A stretch of DNA of 64,000 nucleotides from the NCBI GenBank assembly GCA_026417615.1, contig JAOACY010000104.1, positions 37,892 through 101,891 on the forward strand. The letters are read 5' to 3'. Of this stretch, positions 49,541 through 57,159 are shown piece after piece. The first letter of the stretch is position 1, and every line of letters begins with the position of its first letter. The position numbers and the translations under genes are program-made. This DNA comes from Clostridia bacterium (lineage in GTDB: Bacteria; Bacillota; Clostridia; Acetivibrionales; JAFADI01). The notes below the pieces were generated by a model that was not told where the DNA came from, searched no databases, and worked only from the letters and a program-made list of their open reading frames with translations.

Positions 49541-49683
49541 AAACTAAAAACTCCCCTCGACACAAGCTTTCAGCACCAGGTCAAGAAGAGTTCGCATATG
49601 TATTTCTCATAACATTCTCCCCCTTCGCATTGGAACCTACCTTCACGTCAGGCCTTTTATTCAACTTCCTCGAGGAAGGAGAA
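49541..49683 (-). ncRNA. Candidate cis-regulatory attenuator/riboswitch leader of the ECF-S gene
   Basis: 13-bp P1 (49683-49671 with 49627-49615) enclosing AGGAAG...CCTGAC-GTGAAG-GTAGG, then a 13-bp terminator (49592-49549) with a U-tract; P1 3' strand can pair with the terminator 5' strand. Confidence 0.6.
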
Positions 49684-49720
49684 TTCCCGCCTCTCAGAAA
49701 ATTAGAAAAATTTATTTTTT

Positions 49721-49760
49721 ATTCCGCTGCAAAAACAGCTTTTCTTGAAAGCAGTGGAAT
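49721..49760. repeat. Minimal 40-bp derivative of the 195-bp element
   Basis: CTGCAAAAACAGCTTTTCTTGAAA is identical to 7117-7140; ends ATTCCGCTGC/GCAGTGGAAT are inverted. Confidence 0.85.
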
Positions 49761-49766
49761 CTTTTT

Positions 49767-50018
49767 TTAGCACATAAGAGCTACTTTTACTTTAATACCT
49801 TTAATATTGCCCAGCTTTCCTGTCAAAGCCCCTATTTCATCATTGGTGCCGTCTGCTATTACCGACATGACCGAAAGCTCTCTTTCCTTATATGGTATAC
49901 CCATTCTCCCCACTATTATATTGCCGTAATTACTTAGTATTTCATTGACTTTTTTGGCTGCTTCTTCCCTGTTGCCCACAATTATTCCTATGACGGCAAC
50001 CCTGTTTTCCTTTTCCAT
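49767..50018 (-). CDS. TM1266 family putative iron-only hydrogenase system regulator (ACT/NikR-C-like)
   Basis: RVAVIGIIV, VN.ILS.Y..IIVGRMGIPY, 'I.ALTGKLG...G..VK'. Preceded by a TTTACA-17-TATTAT promoter (50084-50056). Confidence 0.88.
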   Translation of the reverse strand: MEKENRVAVIGIIVGNREEAAKKVNEILSNYGNIIVGRMGIPYKERELSVMSVIADGTNDEIGALTGKLGNIKGIKVKVALMC

Positions 50019-50115
50019 AGACCACCTGTGTTATTTTTTTAACTATTATATGTCTATAATATACCAATAATTTTTCTGTGTAAACAGATTTTTGTTCAAC
50101 GAATACGAGACCTAT

Positions 50116-50155
50116 AAAAACAAAAGCACCAGCCATTTAAGCCGGTGCCTTTGAT
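50116..50155 (-). terminator. rnpB terminator
   Basis: Minus strand GGCACCGGC-ttaaat-GGCTGGTGCTTTTGTTTTT. Confidence 0.75.
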
Positions 50156-50164
50156 ACTTTGTTC

Positions 50165-50596
50165 GAGTAAACCTGTAAGCCGGGTTCTGTATTAAACAAT
50201 CATCTATCTAGGCCATGCATTTCTGCAAGGCTCAAGCCACCTTCACGGAACTGGCGGGCAGCCTTAACGTCCCAATCGAGGTGTTGCTCCGGGTGGGGTT
50301 TACATAGACCGGCAAGTCGCCATGCCGCTGGTGAGCTCTTACCTCACCTTTCCACCCTTACAAACCAGAGACTAGACACTAGAGACCAGGCACCAGATTT
50401 AAGAACGGCCATAAAGCCCTTCCAGCTTTCTAGTATCTAGTTTCTAGCATCTAGTTTCTAGTATGCGGTATATCTCTGTTGCACTTTCCTTGAAGTCGCC
50501 TTCACCGGGAGTTACCCGGCACCCTTGCCCTATGGAGCCCGGACTTTCCTCATGTGCGGCCTTGCGGCGCTGCACACGCGATTGTCTGGTTTACTC
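50165..50596 (-). ncRNA. rnpB: RNase P RNA, type A
   Basis: Minus strand has GAGGAAAGTCCGGGC, GGAAAGTGCAACAG, TAAACCCCAC..GGAGCAA and ACAGAACCCGGCTTA; P1 GAGTAAACC/GGTTTACTC. Confidence 0.96.
50364..50462. repeat. Inverted heptamer tandem repeats (5+5 units) within rnpB helix P12
   Basis: ACCAGAG ACTAGAC ACTAGAG ACCAGGC ACCAGAT ... TTCTAGT ATCTAGT TTCTAGC ATCTAGT TTCTAGT. Confidence 0.85.
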
Positions 50597-50623
50597 AACA
50601 CTATTTTTCAGATAACAATTATG

Positions 50624-50678
50624 ATTCCGCTTCAAAAACAGCTTTTATTAAAACAGGTTGCGAAAATCACTCAACCTG
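50624..50678. repeat. Partial copy (left arm) of the 195-bp element upstream of rnpB
   Basis: ATTCCGCTTCAAAAACAGCTTTTATTAAAACAGGTTGCGAAAATCACTCAACCTG aligns to 7111-7164. Confidence 0.75.
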
Positions 50679-50691
50679 AGCAGCAAAGTTT

Positions 50692-50720
50692 ATTATACTA
50701 TTTTAAATAGTTGAGGTCAA
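50692..50720 (-). promoter_or_regulatory. SigA promoter probably driving rnpB
   Basis: TTGACC-17 nt-TATAAT on the minus strand. Confidence 0.7.
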
Positions 50721-51820
50721 TAGTAGATAAATGGGTCTTTTTCCACCGTGCTTCCAACAACCTCAATACCCGGGAACCTCTTTGAAAGAATATATGCCAG
50801 CTTCTCGACAATTATGCGTTCAGTACCAAAATGGCCCGCATCCATAACACATATGCCAGCCTGAACAGCATCTACTGCAGAATGGTGCTTAACGTCTCCG
50901 GTTACAAGTATATCGCACTTATTGGCTACACTATTGACAAGTCCATCATCAAAGGCTCCGCAAAATACCCCAACCTTTTTTATCACACCAGTCATACCAG
51001 CAATCCTCAGGTTGCTCACCGCTATTTTTCCCTTGACATATGCGGCAAAGCTTTCGAGATTTAAGCCTTCCTGCAGTTCTCCTACCCTGCCCAAGCCATA
51101 CGCTTTGCCTTTGATTTCCAAAGGATAAATGTCATAGGCCGCTTCTTCATAGGGATGAGCTTCAAGCATTGACTTTAAGGCTCTATTTAAGTGTTCTTCC
51201 GGTATAATTGTTTCAAGCCTGTATTCATCCACTTTTTCAAGTGTGCTTTTTGTTCCGATATAAGGGGTCGCGCCTTCAAGCGGTCTGAAGGTACCTATCC
51301 CCTGCGTCATAAAGGTACAGTCGCTGTAATTGCCGATGCAGCCTGCACCTGCTTGACAAAGCGCTTCCCGCACCTTTTCCATTGCCTCACCGGGAACAAA
51401 AACCACCAGCTTGTAAAGCTTCTCTGATTTATATTCCTTAAGGATTTGTATATTCTGCAGCCCCAGTTTTTCCGCCAGCCAATCATTTAAGCCTCCCATG
51501 GCAAAATCCAGGTTGGTGTGAAGACTGTAAACCCCTATATCATGCTTTATCAGTTTATGTATCAAAAGTCCTTTCGAATCTTCATCGCTTATTTTTTTTA
51601 AAGCTTTAAATATTAAGGGATGGTGAGAAATAATCAAATCCGTCCTGCTAATAATTGCCTCCTCAGCAACATCAGGCGTAACATCCAGGCATACCAAAAC
51701 TTTTTTTACAGCTCTGCCTGCCCCCCCAACCATTAAACCTGTATTGTCCCATTCTTCTGCCAGCTTTTTAGGCGCCAGGCTCTCTAGATATTGAAAAATC
51801 TCGCTGCATTTTAAGCTCAT
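50717..51820 (-). CDS. Nif3-like dinuclear metal centre protein (YqfO)
   Basis: AEEWDN.GL, HHPLIF, HTNLD, PII-like insert with HPYEE, TGDVKHH and DAGHF.TE. Confidence 0.93.
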   Translation of the reverse strand: MSLKCSEIFQYLESLAPKKLAEEWDNTGLMVGGAGRAVKKVLVCLDVTPDVAEEAIISRTDLIISHHPLIFKALKKISDEDSKGLLIHKLIKHDIGVYSLHTNLDFAMGGLNDWLAEKLGLQNIQILKEYKSEKLYKLVVFVPGEAMEKVREALCQAGAGCIGNYSDCTFMTQGIGTFRPLEGATPYIGTKSTLEKVDEYRLETIIPEEHLNRALKSMLEAHPYEEAAYDIYPLEIKGKAYGLGRVGELQEGLNLESFAAYVKGKIAVSNLRIAGMTGVIKKVGVFCGAFDDGLVNSVANKCDILVTGDVKHHSAVDAVQAGICVMDAGHFGTERIIVEKLAYILSKRFPGIEVVGSTVEKDPFIYY

Positions 51821-51831
51821 AATGTCCTCCT

Positions 51832-52524
51832 TCATTTTATGGCATTCAATAATCTACTTAACAGTTCAAGTACCTTCATATTCTTTTCAAGAATCTCCCC
51901 AGTGTATTTTGAACTATTTCTTATTTCATAAATCACCTTCACCGTCTGACTTATTTTTTTATCCAGGTATTTTGCAAGCAACGGGTCCTGCTTTTCGATT
52001 AGCTTTTCTCCTATAATGCAGTCAAGCTCTTTTCTTGCAACCCTAACTCCTGTGTACCTGGAACAAAGCACCACATATACCTTGTCATCCTCTGCCTCAA
52101 GTTCCTCATCATATATTTCAAAGCCTTCGGCATAGAGCCACTGCCTCAACGCCTCAACCGCATACATAGGCTGAAGTACAAGTGTACCTGTGGCGCAGGC
52201 CTTTTTGTATTCCTCCGACAGTATATTCCTGATCAAAAGCCCTCCCATTCCGGCAATCACAACAGTGTCACATTCACCCATCCCCAAAGGCTGAAGACCG
52301 CTGCCCATCCTTGTCTCAATGAGTTCATCCAAACCGTGGCTTTGAATATTCTTCTTCGCAGTGTTAACAGGACCTTCCTTAATATCAGCTGCAACTGCTT
52401 TTTTACATATACCCTTTTGTATTAGATAAATGGGTATAAATGCGTGGTCTGTGCCAACATCTCCAACCGTGTGACATCTGGGAACCTTGTCTGCTATTAA
52501 TTTGAGCCGTCCCTTTAATTCCAT
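51832..52524 (-). CDS. trmK: tRNA (adenine(22)-N1)-methyltransferase
   Basis: DVGTDHAFIP, IAGMGG.LI and LVLQPM; adjacent to the Nif3 gene. Confidence 0.92.
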   Translation of the reverse strand: MELKGRLKLIADKVPRCHTVGDVGTDHAFIPIYLIQKGICKKAVAADIKEGPVNTAKKNIQSHGLDELIETRMGSGLQPLGMGECDTVVIAGMGGLLIRNILSEEYKKACATGTLVLQPMYAVEALRQWLYAEGFEIYDEELEAEDDKVYVVLCSRYTGVRVARKELDCIIGEKLIEKQDPLLAKYLDKKISQTVKVIYEIRNSSKYTGEILEKNMKVLELLSRLLNAIK

Positions 52525-52623
52525 ATTACCACCTTGTTCTTTTCATTTGCAAAAATACATAAATATTATATATCTGCTTATACTTTTAAAAAAGGGCTAG
52601 TTGTAAAAAGGAGTATAGATCTT

Positions 52624-52806
52624 ATGCAAAATTTTAGGGGTAAAAACTCAAAGGACATTGAAGCTGCGAAAGAAACTGTGATAATTAATGTTAAATCACC
52701 TGAGCTTTACTTCAGCAGAATTAACCCTGAGCTTGATAAGAGTGTTTCAGCCCAGCAGATAAAAGATGAGGAATTTGAAGGGGAAATGGAGAAAAGAAAG
52801 CGATAA
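52624..52806 (+). CDS. Small hypothetical protein, 60 aa
   Basis: AAGGAG RBS before ATG 52624 and a terminator-like palindrome after the stop. Confidence 0.5.
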   Translation: MQNFRGKNSKDIEAAKETVIINVKSPELYFSRINPELDKSVSAQQIKDEEFEGEMEKRKR

Positions 52807-52831
52807 AAAGGAGTTCAATTGAACTCCTTTT
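52806..52831. terminator. Perfect 26-bp palindrome, bidirectional terminator at the left boundary of the element
   Basis: AAAAGGAGTTCAATTGAACTCCTTTT. Confidence 0.75.
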
Positions 52832-54281
52832 ATGGTGGAGTGGATAAGTCTAAATCCGAAACAGTTATAGTGTTGTTATCACCGCTGTAATTGTAGGTTA
52901 TAACAACCTTATCCTCATACACGAACACAGCATTTATAAATGTGTCTATGATTTGTTGGCAATATTTTTCATCATCAATAGAGCCGCCTTTGAAGCTGGA
53001 GAGGAAAAATATAATTTGCTCTTTCGTTATGAGTTTTTGGGAGATATTTTCTTTAGCAATCTCAATTTCAAGTTGTTGTTTCTGCTCCTCCAGCTCAACA
53101 AGACGTTTTTTCGTGCTTTCGGTAATAATGCCCTGTTCAATAGCGGTAACAACATTCTTTACTGAACGCTCAACCTCAATCAATGTACTCTGCAAGTATT
53201 TTAGAGTGTTATTATTGGACAACTCACGCTCTTGCACTTCTATAGCCTTTCCAGCTATATACTCTATTACATCATCTTTCAATATTTCATTGATTGTATG
53301 AAGCACTACAAGCCGCTCAATCCAATCTTTTTTAATATTAGATTTATTGCAAGCCTTTTCTTTTTTTCTCTTAGTACATTTGTAATAGTGATATTTACCG
53401 CCATGCCTACCAGTACCACTCTCACCAACCATATTAGAGCCGCACTCACCGCAAAATAATTTTGTTGATAACATATAATTTACATTTGCTTTAGCTCTTG
53501 CAGGAGCTTTTTTATTTTTGTCCATCTTCTCACCTACACTATAGAATAATTCTTTATCAATAATAGCGGGTACGCCATCGGGAATGGCTATATCTCCAGA
53601 CTTGTAAACGCCAATATATTTTTCATTCCTCAATATGGTATGTAGGCTATTTTTATTAAAAGAAACGCCACGAGAAGTTTTTAGCCCTTGTCTATTCAAT
53701 GTATCGCAAATTTGAGTTACTGTCTTACCTTCATTATACATTTTATATATCTGAATGACTATAGGAGCGGTTTGCTCGTCAATTATAAAATGCAGATCCG
53801 CATCAACTTTATAGCCGAGCGGCAAGTTACCACCTGTAGCCTTACATTTTAAGGCATTTTCCCTCATTCCTCGCTTTATTTTCAAAGACAATTCGGCACT
53901 ATAATACTCTGCCATGCCCTCTAACATACTCTCCAGAATAATACTCTCTGGTGTACCGTTCAAGTTTTCCATTGCTGAAAGGACTTTTACGCCATTCTTT
54001 TTTAGCTTCTGCTTATTAACGGCACTATCATAGCGGTTACGAGAGAAGCGATCCAGACGATACACAATAACCGCTTCAAATTGCTTTTTAGCACTATCAA
54101 TAAGCATTTGTTGAAATGCTGGGCGGTTATCTGTTTTGCCACTTATTGCTCTATCTATATAAGTATCAATTATAGTTATTTCGTTAGCTTCTGCAAACGA
54201 ATAGCATTCCCTTAATTGCCCTTCTATACTCTGCTCTGTTTGCCTATCGCTGGAGTATCGGGCATATATTACCGCCCTCAT
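52830..54281 (-). CDS. Large serine recombinase (integrase)
   Basis: AVIYARYSS..Q...SIEGQ, D.AISG....RP.FQ, LDRFSR, recombinase domain, Zn ribbon LFCGECG...YYKC...C and coiled coil. Confidence 0.95.
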   Translation of the reverse strand: MRAVIYARYSSDRQTEQSIEGQLRECYSFAEANEITIIDTYIDRAISGKTDNRPAFQQMLIDSAKKQFEAVIVYRLDRFSRNRYDSAVNKQKLKKNGVKVLSAMENLNGTPESIILESMLEGMAEYYSAELSLKIKRGMRENALKCKATGGNLPLGYKVDADLHFIIDEQTAPIVIQIYKMYNEGKTVTQICDTLNRQGLKTSRGVSFNKNSLHTILRNEKYIGVYKSGDIAIPDGVPAIIDKELFYSVGEKMDKNKKAPARAKANVNYMLSTKLFCGECGSNMVGESGTGRHGGKYHYYKCTKRKKEKACNKSNIKKDWIERLVVLHTINEILKDDVIEYIAGKAIEVQERELSNNNTLKYLQSTLIEVERSVKNVVTAIEQGIITESTKKRLVELEEQKQQLEIEIAKENISQKLITKEQIIFFLSSFKGGSIDDEKYCQQIIDTFINAVFVYEDKVVITYNYSGDNNTITVSDLDLSTPP

Positions 54282-54493
54282 TTCTGATCGCCTTTCTGTA
54301 TGTCAACTTTTTTAGTAAGAAAATCAAAAGTTTTTAAAACGGCAACTTGATCCTTTCTATCTAAAGAACGAAAAGCCAGCTCCATTTTGCATTTATCAGA
54401 ATTTAAAGCATTACTTATACTCTCACGTTGAGCTTGCGTTATATCTTTATTAAGCAAAGACATTATAAGGAGGTTAGTAATTCGACTGTTCAT
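54278..54493 (-). CDS. Hypothetical protein coupled to repressor and integrase
   Basis: ATGA overlaps at both ends. Confidence 0.65.
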   Translation of the reverse strand: MNSRITNLLIMSLLNKDITQAQRESISNALNSDKCKMELAFRSLDRKDQVAVLKTFDFLTKKVDIQKGDQK

Positions 54494-55011
54494 AATTTAT
54501 CACCTTTTTCAATATTTTCAGTATACAGGGGGAGCATAAGCAACTCATTAAGATAATCCCTTAGCCTATTAAAACCTCTATCATTCAATTTCATAGCATC
54601 AAATAAAATTTTAATAATATCACTATCAATTACGCCAGCTAATACAAGCGATAAACGTATTGTTTGTAACTGTCCTTCATCAAATGAGAATTTATCTTCA
54701 AAAAATTTCATAACCTCATTTGCAAAATCATCACCAAATTGCAAAGCGAGCCTTTCTTCATTGCTCAAAGCATTATTATCCATAGAAGCAAAATTAATCA
54801 TATCATTTAAGGTATAGTCACCAATTAAATCACTTGGAGTAATGCCAAGTGCATCACATAGCAGTTTAATAGTGTCAATGTCGGGCTGATTAGTATTGTT
54901 TTCCCAATTACTAATTGTAGAGTTTGCAACCCCAATCATTTTCGCTAATTCCTTTTGCTTTATACCTCTATTTTTTCTAACTTCTTTTAGCCTATCACCA
55001 AAGGTTTTCAT
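54490..55011 (-). CDS. XRE-family (cI-like) repressor
   Basis: FGDRLKEVRKNRGIKQKELA...GV..STISNWE....QPD HTH. Confidence 0.9.
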   Translation of the reverse strand: MKTFGDRLKEVRKNRGIKQKELAKMIGVANSTISNWENNTNQPDIDTIKLLCDALGITPSDLIGDYTLNDMINFASMDNNALSNEERLALQFGDDFANEVMKFFEDKFSFDEGQLQTIRLSLVLAGVIDSDIIKILFDAMKLNDRGFNRLRDYLNELLMLPLYTENIEKGDKL

Positions 55012-55035
55012 ACTCAACACACTCCTATGATTTTG

Positions 55036-55160
55036 ATTATAATATAAAATTCCGAATTTGTAAATTAAAAAAAACAGAAAATCGGAATTTATTTGCAAAA
55101 TCATATTGACATTTCCGAATGTCGGAACTATAATGAAAATAAATACAGCAAGTCGGAATT
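55036..55160. promoter_or_regulatory. Divergent promoters and operators of the genetic switch
   Basis: Rightward TTGACA-17-TATAAT (55106-55134) with palindrome TTCCGA-atg-TCGGAA in the spacer; leftward TTTACA-17-TATAAT (55064-55036); further TTCCGA/TCGGAA half-sites. Confidence 0.85.
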
Positions 55161-55203
55161 TTAGACAGCAAAATTTATTAATTTGCAAAGGAGGTTACTT
55201 TTT

Positions 55204-55419
55204 ATGCGAGTTGTTGACAAAATTAAAATTTACCTTGTAAAAGAGCATATTTCACAAAAAGAACTATCTGAAAAAACAGGTATTCCACAACCTAAATTAA
55301 GTATGTCACTTAATGGAACACGAAAATTAACGGTTGATGAATTTGAAACAATTGTAAATGCATTAAGCATTAGTGCTAATGAGTTTATCGAAGAAAAAAT
55401 TTTGGAGAAAGGAGCTTAG
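55204..55419 (+). CDS. Cro-like HTH protein
   Basis: ISQKELSEKTGI.QPKLS..LNG.RKL HTH with GGAGG RBS; divergent from cI. Confidence 0.88.
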   Translation: MRVVDKIKIYLVKEHISQKELSEKTGIPQPKLSMSLNGTRKLTVDEFETIVNALSISANEFIEEKILEKGA

Positions 55420-55422
55420 AGC

Positions 55423-55851
55423 ATGGATAACAATTATTTAAAGCTTAATAACCAGCTTACCAATCTAAAGGCAGATCTTCAAAAGCTTATTGATACAGGA
55501 AGTACGAAAAGTTTTGAAGATAAAATTGCATATGGCTATATCGAAAGCCTTTTTGATAGCGTTGATATGGCTATCTACAAAATTGAGCATTTTTCAAAGC
55601 CCACTATTGAAGGTACTTTGCACGAAAACGCAAGCGGCAAATTTGATTTACTGGACAGGAGCGGCAAGTATATTACTTATTTCTCTTGCGGATCGCCTAT
55701 TGAGTGCTTTATAGAAGAGGACGGCGAGAAACAATGGATTGCTGGGCGTGTTGAGCATACAACAAAGAACGGCAATTCGGGCTATTACTTCTATGGCGGC
55801 GATAAGCCATTTTTACACAACGGAATGAGAGCCAGAATAAGAAAAGACTAA
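55423..55851 (+). CDS. DUF5348-like phage protein
   Basis: C-terminal 'SCGSPIE......W..GRVEH....GYYF.....L..GM.ARIR'. Confidence 0.7.
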   Translation: MDNNYLKLNNQLTNLKADLQKLIDTGSTKSFEDKIAYGYIESLFDSVDMAIYKIEHFSKPTIEGTLHENASGKFDLLDRSGKYITYFSCGSPIECFIEEDGEKQWIAGRVEHTTKNGNSGYYFYGGDKPFLHNGMRARIRKD

Positions 55852-55888
55852 CCCCAAACTATATTTTATAACGAAAGGAAGCGGAAAT

Positions 55889-56260
55889 ATGAATTACAAA
55901 GAGATTTGCACAAACTTAGAGGAAACATTTTTAAAAAGCGGCTACAAGATGGTCTACAAGAGGTTTAATGATGACTCTATCAATTGCTTAGGTACATTAA
56001 TGCTACTTAATGAAGGTACTGAAAAAGAAGAAAAAAGGCTCATTATCAATCTGAATACAAGCTATGAAGAAAGGCTACAGGTATTAATTGCTTTAATACT
56101 CAAATTAGAAGCAAGTACACCATTTGAAACTAAATGTTTCCACATAACAAAGGAATTCAACTTAAAGCCAAGCTATATTAAAAATTTAACCGATATTGCT
56201 ATGAAAATTATACTTGCAACGCATGGTAAAGATTTGAAAGCATTTGCAAAGGCAGTTTAG
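55889..56260 (+). CDS. Hypothetical protein (paralog A)
   Basis: GAAAGGAAGC RBS; aligns with the downstream ORF and ends in AFAKAV. Confidence 0.75.
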   Translation: MNYKEICTNLEETFLKSGYKMVYKRFNDDSINCLGTLMLLNEGTEKEEKRLIINLNTSYEERLQVLIALILKLEASTPFETKCFHITKEFNLKPSYIKNLTDIAMKIILATHGKDLKAFAKAV

Positions 56261-56296
56261 CCCACAACCACAAACAAATTGAAAGGAAGCGATATT

Positions 56297-56701
56297 ATGA
56301 GAAGATATAAAGATCCTATCAGAAGGTACAAAAAAGAAGAATTTGAGGATGCTTATACAAGGCTTAAAAACTCAATAATAGAAGTTGGTGGAAATTACAG
56401 GGTTAAAGAAGAAATCATTGAGAAAAAAGGTTATACAGGAGCGTTAATTGTTGTTGGTGAGGATAAAAAGGACAGGCTTATTGGATTAATGGTTGATCCA
56501 ACGGCAAGAGCCGAAGAAAAATTCTATACTCTTCTCCGCCTTATACTTGTTGCTCAATTCAACTTATCTTTACAGGAAAATAAGGCTTATTATGTAAATC
56601 CGTATGATGCAATTATTGGCAATATTAGAACATTTACAGCCATTATTACAGAAACCATTATGAATGGCGGAGAAATACCAGCCTTTGCAAAAGCGGTTTA
56701 G
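56297..56701 (+). CDS. Hypothetical protein (paralog B)
   Basis: GAAAGGAAGC RBS; aligns with the upstream ORF and ends in AFAKAV. Confidence 0.75.
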   Translation: MRRYKDPIRRYKKEEFEDAYTRLKNSIIEVGGNYRVKEEIIEKKGYTGALIVVGEDKKDRLIGLMVDPTARAEEKFYTLLRLILVAQFNLSLQENKAYYVNPYDAIIGNIRTFTAIITETIMNGGEIPAFAKAV

Positions 56702-56717
56702 CGGAAAGAGGGATTAT

Positions 56718-56906
56718 ATGAGTAATACTATTGCGATAAACACAAAAAGCATACCAAACGCCGTTATGGACAAGCATTGTCTTACTCTATTGAGTTGCGT
56801 TGCTAAATTCTTTGAAGATCCGAAGAATAACGCCGCTTACATAGAATGGCACAAGGAAAAGTACGGCAGAATGCCAGAGGAAGCTAAGAAATGCATAAAA
56901 AAATAG
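56718..56906 (+). CDS. Small hypothetical mobile-element protein
   Basis: GAGGG RBS; 'FF.DP.N..AY..W' motif. Confidence 0.65.
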   Translation: MSNTIAINTKSIPNAVMDKHCLTLLSCVAKFFEDPKNNAAYIEWHKEKYGRMPEEAKKCIKK

Positions 56907-57159
56907 TGATTACTCCAAGTTCGCCAACCCGATAATCACTAATTTCTACAAACACTTGCAAAAGTGCTTACAAATTCACTTATAGTATAGCATAAGTGCG
57001 GTACTTTTGCAATTTATTTTGCGAGCCTAAGTGCTTATTATCCTCGTAAAAAACATTAACTTATGGGATATAGATACCCATAGGTAAAAAATGTTAATAC
57101 AAGAGGATGGAAAAAGCTCTTTACTCTATTAAATATTATTGACAGGAGGAAAAGAAATT

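Noticed and set aside
49541-49700. Cobalamin, Moco or PyrR assignment for the ECF-S leader
   Set aside because: No B12 box, Moco or ARUCCNGNGAGGYU consensus recognised; left unassigned.
50364-50462. Heptamer repeats as a CRISPR array
   Set aside because: Units are 7 nt with no spacers, lie inside rnpB, and there are no cas genes.
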